A stretch of 64,000 nt of DNA from the NCBI GenBank assembly GCA_965202805.1, contig OZ241869.1, forward strand, positions 832,001-896,000, in the 5' to 3' direction. Shown here piece after piece: positions 21,230-30,800 of the stretch. This DNA comes from Longimicrobiales bacterium (GTDB lineage: Bacteria > Gemmatimonadota > Gemmatimonadetes > Longimicrobiales > Gaopeijiaceae). Below the pieces are notes generated by a model, which was given only the letters and a program-made list of their open reading frames with translations, made no database searches and was not told where the DNA came from. Made by a program: the position numbers and the translations under genes. The number at the start of each line of letters is the position of its first letter. The stretch's first letter is position 1.

Positions 21230-22503
21230 CGCGGCGGACGGTGGAGATCCCGCTGGCGCGGGGCGCGGAGATGGGGATGGACGCCCGGCCCGCGATGGGG
21301 CCGCTGGCGCCCGTCGATGTCGCGGAGCCCGACATCGGCTCCGAGCAGATGCTCATCAACATCGGGCCCCAGCACCCCGCGACGCACGGCGTGCTCAGGC
21401 TCATCTGCGAGCTGGACGGAGAGACCGTGGTGTCGGTCACGCCGCACATCGGATACCTGCACTCCTCCTTCGAGAAGCTGGGCGAGTACCGAACGTACAA
21501 CCAGATCGTGCCGCTGACCGACCGCATGGACTACCTGGCGCCGCTCATCTACAACTGCGCCTACGCGATGGCGGTCGAGAGGCTGATGGGCATCGAGGTC
21601 ACGGAGCGCTGCAAGGTGGTGCGGGTGATCTGCCTCGAGCTGGACCGCATCTTCTCGCACCTGCTCTGGCTGGGAACCACCGCCATCGACGTCGGCGCCT
21701 TCACACCCTTCCTGTACGCGTTCCAGGAACGGGAGCGCATCTACCAGCTGCACGAGGAGCTCACCGGCGCCCGCATCACGACCTCCGCCACCCGCATCGG
21801 GGGCATGATGTCGGACCTGCCGCCCGGCTGGGCGGAAGGCGTGCGCGGCTTCATCGACACCTTCCCCCGCACCCTGAACGAGATCGACTCGCTGCTCACC
21901 ACCAACGCGATCCATCAGGGCCGCACCATCGACATCGGCGCCATCGGTCCGGAAGACGCGGTCGACTGCGGTCTGACCGGTCCCAACCTGCGCGCCAGCG
22001 GGGTCGACTACGACGTGCGCAAGGACCTGCCCTACTACGACTACGAGACCTACGACTTCGAGGTCCCGGTCGGTGAGAACGGCGACTGCTACGACCGCTA
22101 CCTGGTGCGCATGGAGGAGATGCGACAGAGCGTGGCCATCCTGCACCAGGCCCTGGACCGCCTCCCGGACGGTCCCATCAACGTCGAAGACCCGCGCATC
22201 AGCCTGCCGAGCAAGACCGACTGCATGAACGACATGGAGTCGATGATCCACCACTTCAAGCTGATCATGGACGGCATCAGCGCGCCCGCCGAGGACTGCT
22301 ACTTCGCCGTGGAAGGTTCCAAGGGGGAACTGGGCATGTACCTGGTGGGAGACGGTGGGCCGAAGCCGGTGCGCTGGCGCATCCGCCCGCCGTCCTTCGT
22401 CAACCTGTCCGCGATCGCGAAGCTGGCCGAGGGGCATCTGGTGGCCGACCTCATCATGATCAACGCGAGCCTGGACATCGTCCTGGGCGAGATCGACCGA
22501 TGA
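21226..22503 (+). CDS. nuoD: NADH-quinone oxidoreductase subunit D
   Basis: 'NIGPQHPATHGVLRL', 'DRMDY', 'DIVLGEIDR'. Confidence 0.97.
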   Translation: MTRRTVEIPLARGAEMGMDARPAMGPLAPVDVAEPDIGSEQMLINIGPQHPATHGVLRLICELDGETVVSVTPHIGYLHSSFEKLGEYRTYNQIVPLTDRMDYLAPLIYNCAYAMAVERLMGIEVTERCKVVRVICLELDRIFSHLLWLGTTAIDVGAFTPFLYAFQERERIYQLHEELTGARITTSATRIGGMMSDLPPGWAEGVRGFIDTFPRTLNEIDSLLTTNAIHQGRTIDIGAIGPEDAVDCGLTGPNLRASGVDYDVRKDLPYYDYETYDFEVPVGENGDCYDRYLVRMEEMRQSVAILHQALDRLPDGPINVEDPRISLPSKTDCMNDMESMIHHFKLIMDGISAPAEDCYFAVEGSKGELGMYLVGDGGPKPVRWRIRPPSFVNLSAIAKLAEGHLVADLIMINASLDIVLGEIDR

Positions 22504-23162
22504 GCGCTCCCACCCGCGTGCCGTTCCGCAACCCCGGCTGGGCCGGCAACACGGGAGAGTTCGACCTCACCGAGGCCGACGTGCGCGGCACCGACTTCGT
22601 GGGCGAGCGGCCTCTCGACGGGGGCCATGAATCGGCTGCCCCCTCGTATCCCTACATGCTCCCCGACAAGGATCCGGACGCGGTGCTCTTCGAGGGCCCG
22701 TACAGGGAGCGGTTCGAGAAGATTCGCTCGCGCTACCCCACCGCGCGCGCCGCTCTCATCCCCGCGCTCAACCTGGCCCAGGAGCTGCGCGGCCACATCT
22801 CCCCCGAGACGATGGACGAGGTGGCGGCGCTTCTCGGCCTGGCGTCGGCCGAGGTGCGGGGTACGGTCACCTTCTACACGATGTACAACAAGCGGCCGGT
22901 GGGACGATTCCTCATCCAGGTCTGCACCAACATCAGCTGCAGCCTGTGCAAGGGCGAGGACGTGCTGAAGGCCTTCCTCCGACACACGGGCACGGAGTTG
23001 GGAGAGACGTCGGCGGACGGCGACTTCACCGTCATCGAGGTGGAGTGCCTGGCTGCGTGCGGCTTCCCGGTCGCCGTGCAGATCAACTCCCGCTACTACG
23101 AGAACGTGCTGCCGGACGATGTGCCCGCGCTCCTCGAGCGTCTCAGGGAGCACGGCGAGTAG
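22500..23162 (+). CDS. nuoE: NADH-quinone oxidoreductase subunit E
   Basis: 'VCTNISCSL', 'ECLAAC', 'TFYTMY'; about 60-aa N-terminal extension. Confidence 0.94.
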   Translation: MSAPTRVPFRNPGWAGNTGEFDLTEADVRGTDFVGERPLDGGHESAAPSYPYMLPDKDPDAVLFEGPYRERFEKIRSRYPTARAALIPALNLAQELRGHISPETMDEVAALLGLASAEVRGTVTFYTMYNKRPVGRFLIQVCTNISCSLCKGEDVLKAFLRHTGTELGETSADGDFTVIEVECLAACGFPVAVQINSRYYENVLPDDVPALLERLREHGE

Positions 23163-24455
23163 ATGGCCTACCCGTACGTGCATGAGCGCGAGGTGCGCGT
23201 GATCTCGCGCAACTTCGGGGATCCCGCGGCGCGCACGCTCGGCGGATACCGGGAACGGGACGGGTACCTGGGACTGGAGCGCGCCTTCGAGATCGGCCCG
23301 GCCGCAGTGATCGAAGAGGTCAAGGCATCGGGACTGCGGGGCAGGGGAGGGGCGGGCTTCCCCACGGGGCTGAAATGGAGCTTCATGCCGAAGGCCGCGG
23401 TCAAGCCTCACTATCTCCTGTGCAACGCCGACGAATCCGAGCCGGGCACCTTCAAGGACCGCGAACTGATCCGCTGGGATCCGCATCAGCTCATCGAGGG
23501 ATGCCTGATCGCCGCGTACGCGATGGGCTCCCGGCACGCATACATCTACCTGCGGGGCGAGTTCTTCGAAGCCAGCCAGGTCATCGCGCGCGCGGCCGAG
23601 GAGGCGTACGAGGGAGGATTCGCGGGCGAGGACATCCTCGGCTCGGGGATCCACATCGACGTCACCGTCCACGTGGGCGCGGGCGCCTATATCTGCGGTG
23701 AAGAGACCGGGCTCATGAATTCCCTCGAGGGCCGGCGCGGGGAGCCGCGGGTGAAGCCGCCCTTCCCGGCCGCGGTGGGCGTGTATTCCATGCCCACCAC
23801 CATCAACAACGTCGAAACGCTGGCGGCGGTGCCCCATATCGTACGGCACGGAGGCGAGTGGTACCGGCAGTGGGGCACCGACAAGTCCCCCGGCACCAAG
23901 CTCTTCTGCGTGAGCGGCCATGTGGAGAAGCCCGGCAACTACGAGCTGCCGCTGGGCTTTCCGATGATGGAGCTGATCGAGGACGTGTGCGGCGGCATGG
24001 CGGAGGGGCGGGCGCTCAAGTCCGTGATCCCGGGCGGCAGTTCGGTACCGCTCATGGATGCGGAGGATTGCAGGGAATGCACGCTTTGCTATGAGGGAGT
24101 GGAGGCCGCCGGTTCGATGCTCGGCTGCGCTTCGGTCATCGTGATGGACGACCGCACCGACATCGTTCGGGAAGTGCGGCGCATGGTGCAGTTCTACGCG
24201 CACGAGTCGTGCGGCCAGTGCACGCCCTGCCGCGAGGGCACCTCCTGGATGACGCAGGTGCTTCGCCGCATCGAGGCCGGCAGGGGCACCGAGTCCGACC
24301 TGGACACCCTGCTCGACATGAGCGCGCAGATGACCGGCACCACGATCTGCGTGCTCTCCGATTCGGCGGCGGCCCCGGTCGTCTCCTCCATCGAGAAGTT
24401 CAGGGACGAATACCTGGCCCTGATCCACGGCGGCGCCACCGCGGAGGTCGCGTGA
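23163..24455 (+). CDS. nuoF: NADH-quinone oxidoreductase subunit F
   Basis: 'GRGGAGFPTGLKW', 'NADESEPGTFKD', 'YICGEETG', 'ESCGQCTPCREG'. Confidence 0.97.
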   Translation: MAYPYVHEREVRVISRNFGDPAARTLGGYRERDGYLGLERAFEIGPAAVIEEVKASGLRGRGGAGFPTGLKWSFMPKAAVKPHYLLCNADESEPGTFKDRELIRWDPHQLIEGCLIAAYAMGSRHAYIYLRGEFFEASQVIARAAEEAYEGGFAGEDILGSGIHIDVTVHVGAGAYICGEETGLMNSLEGRRGEPRVKPPFPAAVGVYSMPTTINNVETLAAVPHIVRHGGEWYRQWGTDKSPGTKLFCVSGHVEKPGNYELPLGFPMMELIEDVCGGMAEGRALKSVIPGGSSVPLMDAEDCRECTLCYEGVEAAGSMLGCASVIVMDDRTDIVREVRRMVQFYAHESCGQCTPCREGTSWMTQVLRRIEAGRGTESDLDTLLDMSAQMTGTTICVLSDSAAAPVVSSIEKFRDEYLALIHGGATAEVA

Positions 24456-26044
24456 GCACGGTCACCCTGACCATCGATGGCCGCCGGGTCACGGTCCCGG
24501 AGGGCACCTCGCTGCTGCATGCGGCCGAGGAAATCGGCGTGGAGGTGCCGCACTACTGCTATCATCCCGCGCTTTCCGCGCCCGCCCAGTGCCGCCTCTG
24601 CCTGGTGGACGTGGAGGGCGCCCCCAAGCCCATGCCCTCCTGCGTCACCCAGGCCCAGGACGGCCAGGTGGTGCGCACCGACGAGGGGCTGGCGCGCGAG
24701 ATGCGCAAGGGTGTGCTCGAGTTCTACCTCATCAACCACCCGCTGGACTGTCCCATCTGCGACCAGTCCGGGGAGTGCAAGCTGCAGGATTACGTTCACT
24801 CCGAGGGCCGGGCACACGGCCGCGGCGTCGAGCCCAAGCGCGTGTTCGGCCGCGACGACTTCGGGGGCGACATCCTCTTCTACGGCGACCGCTGCGTCAT
24901 GTGCACGCGCTGCGTGCGCTTCATGGAGGAAATGGCGCAGGATCCCGTGCTGACGGTGGTGGAGCGGGGCGACCGCGCGGTCATCGACACCTTCTTCGAG
25001 CAGGGTCTCAGGGACTCGCCCTACTCCGGCAACATCGTCGACATCTGCCCGGTGGGCGCGCTGGTCTCAAAGGACTTCCTGCACAAGGCGCGTGCCTGGG
25101 ACCTCGACCACACCCCGTCGGTGTGCCCCAACTGTTCGCAGGGGTGCAATGTAGACATCCACACCCGCGACAACGTGGTGCATCGGCTCAAGCCGCGGGA
25201 GAATCCGGAGGTCAACGGCCACTGGATGTGCGACTACGGCCGCGACCGTTACGAGTGGATGAACCGGAGCGACCGTATCGAGGAACCCTTCGTGCGCGGG
25301 GACGACGGCTGGTCGGCGCCGGGTTGGCACGCGGTTCTCGCTTCGCTGCGGGAGCGGCTCGAAGCATGTCGGGGCGCCGTCAATGCGGTCGCTTCGGCGC
25401 ACGCATCCAACGAGGACCTGGGCGCCCTCCGCGAGTTCGTGGAACAGCTCGGTGGAGGCGACATCGTGTACCGCTCGCCGAGAGCTCCGGACGAGGTCCC
25501 CTTGCCCGGCTTCCCCGTGCTGACTCGCCGCCGCGATCTGGCGCCCAACAGGCGCGGCGCCGAACTGCTGGGGCTGCGCCGGGTGGGAAGCGACGAGGCC
25601 ACCGGAGGACTGGACGAGGTGGCGGACGGCGCCGGCGTGCTGATCGTGCTGGGCGACGAGCTGGCCGACCAGCCGGAGGACTTCGGCTCCCGGGCGGAAC
25701 TCTTCGTCTACCTCGGAGCCCACCCGGCGCCGGCGGCCCGCAACGCGCACTTCGTGCTCCCGGTCACCACCTTCGCGGAGCAGGAGGGGACGTTCACCAA
25801 CGTGCAGACACGGGTGCAGCGCTTCGAGCCCGCGCTCAGGCCCGCCGGGGACGCCCAGCCCGCATGGCAGGTGCTCGGTTCACTGGCCGCTGCCCTGTCG
25901 GGGGAGCCGGCGCCGGCGAGCGCGTCGGACGCCTTCGCCCGGCTCGCGGGACGGGTGGCGGAGTACGAAGGGCTCGGCTACGACCGGATCGGGGCGCGAG
26001 GCGCGCCCGCGGACCGTCCCGCGGCCCTCGCGGGAGAACGATGA
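24452..26044 (+). CDS. nuoG: NADH-quinone oxidoreductase subunit G (short, 530 aa)
   Basis: 'CYHP...CRLC...C', 'HPLDCPICDQSGEC', 'CVMCTRC...CPVGAL', 'CPNCSQGC...MCD'. GTG at 24452. Confidence 0.94.
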   Translation: MSTVTLTIDGRRVTVPEGTSLLHAAEEIGVEVPHYCYHPALSAPAQCRLCLVDVEGAPKPMPSCVTQAQDGQVVRTDEGLAREMRKGVLEFYLINHPLDCPICDQSGECKLQDYVHSEGRAHGRGVEPKRVFGRDDFGGDILFYGDRCVMCTRCVRFMEEMAQDPVLTVVERGDRAVIDTFFEQGLRDSPYSGNIVDICPVGALVSKDFLHKARAWDLDHTPSVCPNCSQGCNVDIHTRDNVVHRLKPRENPEVNGHWMCDYGRDRYEWMNRSDRIEEPFVRGDDGWSAPGWHAVLASLRERLEACRGAVNAVASAHASNEDLGALREFVEQLGGGDIVYRSPRAPDEVPLPGFPVLTRRRDLAPNRRGAELLGLRRVGSDEATGGLDEVADGAGVLIVLGDELADQPEDFGSRAELFVYLGAHPAPAARNAHFVLPVTTFAEQEGTFTNVQTRVQRFEPALRPAGDAQPAWQVLGSLAAALSGEPAPASASDAFARLAGRVAEYEGLGYDRIGARGAPADRPAALAGER

Positions 26045-27300
26045 ACGAGCTCTCGCCCACGGTTTTCCTGATTGCGGCAGCCGTCAAGGTTCTGGCCGTC
26101 TTCACGGCGCTCATGGTGGCGATCATGTACGCCACCTGGGCCGAACGGCGCCTCTCGGCCTTCATCCAGGATCGCCTGGGGCCGAACCGGGTGGGCCCGT
26201 TCGGGCTCCTGCAGCCCATCGCCGACGGGGTCAAGAACATCATCAAGGAAGAAACCAGCCCGGCCACCGCGTCGCGCTTCTTCTTCGTTCTGGGCCCGAT
26301 GCTGTCGATCATGCCGGCGCTCGTCACCTTCGCAGTGATTCCCTTCGCGGCCCCGTTGCCCACCCCGTGGGGGACGGTGGACATGATCGTCGCCGACCTC
26401 CCCGTGGGGGTGCTCTACATCCTCGCCATCAGCTCGCTCGGCGTGTACGGGATCTTCCTGGGAGGATGGTCCTCCAACAACAAGTACGCGTTGCTGGGCG
26501 GCCTGCGTGCCTCCGCCCAGATGGTGAGCTACGAGGTCGGCCTGGGGCTCTCGCTGATCCCGGTCATGATGCTGGCGGGCAACGTCACGCTCACCCGGAT
26601 GGTGGCCGATCAGCAGCTGGGGCTGTGGTACATCCTCCCCCTGTCGCTCGGCTTCCTGCTCTTCCTGATCTCGGCGTTCGCGGAGACCAACCGGCTGCCC
26701 TTCGACATGCCGGAGGCCGAGTCCGAACTCGTGACCGGATATCACACCGAGTACTCGTCGATGAAGTTCAGCATGTTCTTCATCGCCGAATACGCGCACG
26801 TGATCACCGCCTCGGCGCTCATGGCAACCCTGTTCCTGGGGGGCTGGGACATTCCCTTCTGGACGGGAGACAACTTCATCCCGCACGAAGGCGCGCTCAT
26901 CTCCGGCTTCACGGCGGCCGGTGAGCCCGTCCCCGCGCAGCTGTCCATCTGGACCACGCTGCTCACCCTGGGCGCCTTCATGGTCAAGACCACCTTCTTC
27001 GTAGTGCTCTACATCTGGGTGCGCTGGACCCTTCCGCGCTTCCGCTACGATCAGGTCATGCACCTGGGGTGGAAGGTGATGCTGCCCACCGCGCTCGCCT
27101 ACGTCATGCTCGTCGGCGGCACCATCCTGGTGCTGGATCAGCTGGGTGTGTCCGGCGGCCCGGGCTTCGCCCTGGCGCTGACCGCGGTGAGCCTCGTCGC
27201 CACCGGCATGTTCGCCCTGTACCTCGACCGCGGCCGGATCATCACCGGAGCCGCGCCCGCAGGCCGCGCCGCCAGCATGGCGCCGGCCGGCAACCCGTGA
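26041..27300 (+). CDS. nuoH: NADH-quinone oxidoreductase subunit H
   Basis: 'ERRLSAFIQDRLGPNRVG', 'QPIADGVK', 'ETNRLPFDMPEAESEL', 'PRFRYDQ'. Confidence 0.97.
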   Translation: MNELSPTVFLIAAAVKVLAVFTALMVAIMYATWAERRLSAFIQDRLGPNRVGPFGLLQPIADGVKNIIKEETSPATASRFFFVLGPMLSIMPALVTFAVIPFAAPLPTPWGTVDMIVADLPVGVLYILAISSLGVYGIFLGGWSSNNKYALLGGLRASAQMVSYEVGLGLSLIPVMMLAGNVTLTRMVADQQLGLWYILPLSLGFLLFLISAFAETNRLPFDMPEAESELVTGYHTEYSSMKFSMFFIAEYAHVITASALMATLFLGGWDIPFWTGDNFIPHEGALISGFTAAGEPVPAQLSIWTTLLTLGAFMVKTTFFVVLYIWVRWTLPRFRYDQVMHLGWKVMLPTALAYVMLVGGTILVLDQLGVSGGPGFALALTAVSLVATGMFALYLDRGRIITGAAPAGRAASMAPAGNP

Positions 27301-27316
27301 ACCCGGGGGAGTCGCC

Positions 27317-27817
27317 ATGGCCATATCGGTGAAGCTGGTGCGCAGGCCGGAAGCGGCCCGGAGCTCGTACCTGAGAGCTGCCCTCAAGGGGATGTCGCTG
27401 ACCTTCCGGCACATGGTGAATCCCCGCAAGGTGACCCGCAGCTATCCGGAGGAGCCCACGGAGCTCCATCCCCGCTGGCGCGGCACCCACCGCATGGAGG
27501 TGCACGCGGACGGGCGCCCCAAGTGCGTGGCCTGCGGCCTGTGTCCCACGGTCTGCCCGGCCAACTGCATCCGCCTGGTCGGGGGTGAGGACGATCAGGG
27601 CAACCGCTACCCCATCGTCTACGAGATCGACGAGTTCCGCTGCATCTTCTGCGGCATGTGCCAGGAGGTGTGCCCGGTGGAGGCGATCCACGTCGGCCAG
27701 CACTTCGAGAACGCCGAGTATACGCGCGAGCGCTTCGTCTACGACCTGGACCGTCTGATGGAGCAGGAGCACCCGGTCACCGCGCTCTGGGACCCCTCCG
27801 ATCCCGCTTCGGAGTGA
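27317..27817 (+). CDS. nuoI: NADH-quinone oxidoreductase subunit I
   Basis: Two ferredoxin motifs, 'CVACGLCPTVCP' and 'CIFCGMCQEVCP'. Confidence 0.97.
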   Translation: MAISVKLVRRPEAARSSYLRAALKGMSLTFRHMVNPRKVTRSYPEEPTELHPRWRGTHRMEVHADGRPKCVACGLCPTVCPANCIRLVGGEDDQGNRYPIVYEIDEFRCIFCGMCQEVCPVEAIHVGQHFENAEYTRERFVYDLDRLMEQEHPVTALWDPSDPASE

Positions 27818-27821
27818 GGGA

Positions 27822-28346
27822 ATGGAGCTGATCCTCTTCTACGTCTTCGCCGTGACCGTGGTGGGCGGAGGCATCGGGGTCGTGGCGAGCCGGAATCCGG
27901 TGGCCAGCCTCATGTTCATGGTCGTGTCGCTTGCGAGCGTGGCCGGCATCTACGTGCTGCTGGAAGCGCATTTTCTGGCCGCCATCCAGGTGATGGTCTA
28001 CGCCGGCGCCATCATGGTGCTCTTCCTGTTCGTGATCATGCTCCTGAACCTGGGGCACGACTACAGGGACGACCTGGTGCGCGGGCTTTACGCCGTGTGC
28101 GCCTTCGTCGCCTCCGGGGCGATCTGCGGTCTGCTGGCGACCCGGTTCGGCGGGGCGGAGTCGAGCGCGCTGTACGAGAGCTTCCCCGGCGCCGCGGGGA
28201 TGGACCTGGAGCTTGCCGAACGGGGCGCGGTGTCGCTGATCGCGCGGCCGCTCTTTCAGGAATACGTGGTTCCCTTCGAGATCACCGGCATCCTGCTGCT
28301 GGTCGCCGTCGTGGGGGCCGTCGCGCTGGCGAAGAAGCGGGTATGA
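27822..28346 (+). CDS. nuoJ: NADH-quinone oxidoreductase subunit J
   Basis: '[20 protein letters not shown]', '[12 protein letters not shown]'. Confidence 0.96.
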   Translation: MELILFYVFAVTVVGGGIGVVASRNPVASLMFMVVSLASVAGIYVLLEAHFLAAIQVMVYAGAIMVLFLFVIMLLNLGHDYRDDLVRGLYAVCAFVASGAICGLLATRFGGAESSALYESFPGAAGMDLELAERGAVSLIARPLFQEYVVPFEITGILLLVAVVGAVALAKKRV

Positions 28347-28356
28347 GGAGCGGCGC

Positions 28357-28650
28357 GTGCTGACCGAGGCCCTGACCACCAGCGCCCTGCTGTTCGTGAT
28401 CGGCACGTTCGGGGTGCTGGTGCGCCGCAACGCCATCATCATGTTCCTCTGCATCGAGCTCCAGTTGAACGCGGTGAACCTGGCCCTGGTGGCGTTTTCC
28501 CGGTACGTGGGCGTGGAGGGGCAGGTCTTCGTCTTCTTCGTCATGACGGTGGCGGCCGCGGAAGCCGCCGTCGGGCTGGCGATCATCATCTCCATCTTCC
28601 GGCACTACCGGACGGTCAATGTCGACAACTTCAACCTGCTCAAGTGGTAG
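28357..28650 (+). CDS. nuoK: NADH-quinone oxidoreductase subunit K
   Basis: '[10 protein letters not shown]', '[12 protein letters not shown]'. Confidence 0.96.
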   Translation: MLTEALTTSALLFVIGTFGVLVRRNAIIMFLCIELQLNAVNLALVAFSRYVGVEGQVFVFFVMTVAAAEAAVGLAIIISIFRHYRTVNVDNFNLLKW

Positions 28651-28654
28651 GTAG

Positions 28655-30790
28655 ATGACGCTCGCGCCGCTCTCCGGGCTCCTCCAGGAAGGCGCCCAGC
28701 CGGCAGTGTACGAGCCGGTCCTGCCCGGGCTCATCGTCCTGCTGCCCCTGCTGGGCTTCCTGGTCAACGGCGTTCTCGCGATGCGGGTGGGCGCGCGGGC
28801 GGCTGCCGCGGTGCGCGCGGGCGCCGACGGGGCGGAGCACCAGGACGACGGGCACAAGCGCTGGGTCACCCTGGTGGGGCCGGGGGTGGTCGGGCTCTCC
28901 TTCGTGCTCGTGCTCCTCAACTTCGCGGGGATGTTCCACGCGGATCTGCACGACCCCGTGGTGGTGAGCTACTGGAGCTGGATGGTCACCGGGGCACTGG
29001 AGGTGGACGCGGCGCTGCAGCTGGACCAGCTCAGCATGATCATGATGCTGGTGGTGACCGGCGTCGGCTTCCTGATCCACGTGTTCAGCGTCGGGTACAT
29101 GCACGACGACCCCGGCTACGCGCGCTATTTCTCCTACCTGAACCTCTTCGTCTTCTTCATGCTGGTGCTCGTCCTGGGGGCGAGCTTCCCGGTCATGTTC
29201 GTGGGATGGGAGGGAGTGGGGCTGTGCAGCTACCTGCTGATCGGCTTCTGGTTCCAGGACCGGGAGAAGTCCGACGCCGGCAAGAAGGCCTTCATCGTCA
29301 ACCGCATCGGCGATTTCGGCTTCCTGGTGGCGATGTTCCTGGTGTTCACCACCTTCGGCACCCTGGCCTTCGCGGAAGTCTTCCCCGAGGCTCCGGCGCT
29401 GCTCGAGTACGGTGGGGCCACCGTCACCGCGATCACGCTCTTCCTCTTCCTGGGGGCAGCGGGCAAGAGCGCGCAGATCCCGCTCTACGTATGGCTGCCG
29501 GACGCGATGGCCGGCCCCACCCCGGTCTCCGCCCTGATCCACGCCGCGACCATGGTGACCGCGGGCGTCTACATGGTCGCTCGCATGGCCGTGCTCTTCG
29601 CGCTCGCACCGGTGAGCAGCGCGGTCGTGGCCACGGTGGGCGTGCTGACCGCGCTGCTCGCCGCCACCATCGCGCTGGCGCAGTACGACATCAAGAAGGT
29701 GCTCGCCTACTCCACCATTTCCCAGCTGGGCTACATGTTCCTGGGCGTGGGCGTGGGCGCCTGGGCCGCCGGCATCTTCCACCTCATGACGCACGCCTTC
29801 TTCAAGGCGCTGCTCTTCCTGGGGTCGGGCGCGGTGATTCACGCGATGCACCATGCGCTGCACGGCACGCACAGCCACGCCGACCCGCAGGACATGCGCA
29901 ACATGGGCGGATTGCGCGCCTCGATGCCGGTCACATGGATCACGATGTGGATCGCGACGCTGGCGATCGCCGGGGTCTGGCCGCTGGCCGGGTTCTTCTC
30001 GAAGGACGAGATCATCTGGTACGCCGGACTGGCCGCCTCCTCGAGCTATCCGGTGCTCTTCACGGTCCTCTGGGTGCTCGCGCTGGCGACCGCGCTGCTC
30101 ACCGCCGTCTACATGACCCGCCTGATGGTGATGACCTTCCACGGCGCCAACCGCACGGGACGCGAGGAGGCGCGGCATCTGCACGAAGCGCCCCGGGTCA
30201 TGACCATCCCGCTGATCGCGCTGGCGGTCCTGTCGATCGTCGGCGGGTGGGTCAACGTGCCTGAGGAAGTGGCCGCTTCGGTGCTCGGGCTGGCGGGTGC
30301 GCTCCCCACCTCGGAGTGGCTGCACCACTGGCTGGAACCCATCACGGCCAGCGCCGCGGCAGTCCGCTACGAGCACCTGGGCGAGCCCGCCCACGTCGCG
30401 CCCATCGGGGGAGGTGAGGTGCTCTGGGCCGGCCTGTCCACCCTGGCGGCGCTGGCACTGGTGCTGGTCACCACGCGTGCGGCCAGCGGCTGGAAGCTCG
30501 TCCCCGCCGCCGAGGCTGCCGCGCCCGCGGGCTTCAGGAACGTGCTCTTCAACAAGTGGTACGTCGACGAGTTCTACGACCGCTTCGTGGTCCAGCCCAT
30601 CCTCGCGGCTTCCCGCTTCGCCTGGCGCGTCATCGACGCCGTCCTGATCGACGGCACGGTCAACGGGGTCGGGCTGGTGACCCGGGCCGGAGGCACCCTC
30701 GTGAGCCTCTTCCAGACGGGCCAGGTCAACACCTACGCTCTCGTCCTCACCCTCGGGGTCCTCGCGATCCTGGGCTTCGTGGTGTTCTAG
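28655..30790 (+). CDS. nuoL: NADH-quinone oxidoreductase subunit L
   Basis: 'WEGVGLCSYLLIGFW', 'GKSAQIPLYVWLPDAMAGPTPVSALIHAATMV', 'HAFFKALLFL'. Confidence 0.97.
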   Translation: MTLAPLSGLLQEGAQPAVYEPVLPGLIVLLPLLGFLVNGVLAMRVGARAAAAVRAGADGAEHQDDGHKRWVTLVGPGVVGLSFVLVLLNFAGMFHADLHDPVVVSYWSWMVTGALEVDAALQLDQLSMIMMLVVTGVGFLIHVFSVGYMHDDPGYARYFSYLNLFVFFMLVLVLGASFPVMFVGWEGVGLCSYLLIGFWFQDREKSDAGKKAFIVNRIGDFGFLVAMFLVFTTFGTLAFAEVFPEAPALLEYGGATVTAITLFLFLGAAGKSAQIPLYVWLPDAMAGPTPVSALIHAATMVTAGVYMVARMAVLFALAPVSSAVVATVGVLTALLAATIALAQYDIKKVLAYSTISQLGYMFLGVGVGAWAAGIFHLMTHAFFKALLFLGSGAVIHAMHHALHGTHSHADPQDMRNMGGLRASMPVTWITMWIATLAIAGVWPLAGFFSKDEIIWYAGLAASSSYPVLFTVLWVLALATALLTAVYMTRLMVMTFHGANRTGREEARHLHEAPRVMTIPLIALAVLSIVGGWVNVPEEVAASVLGLAGALPTSEWLHHWLEPITASAAAVRYEHLGEPAHVAPIGGGEVLWAGLSTLAALALVLVTTRAASGWKLVPAAEAAAPAGFRNVLFNKWYVDEFYDRFVVQPILAASRFAWRVIDAVLIDGTVNGVGLVTRAGGTLVSLFQTGQVNTYALVLTLGVLAILGFVVF

Positions 30791-30800
30791 GGGAGATGCC

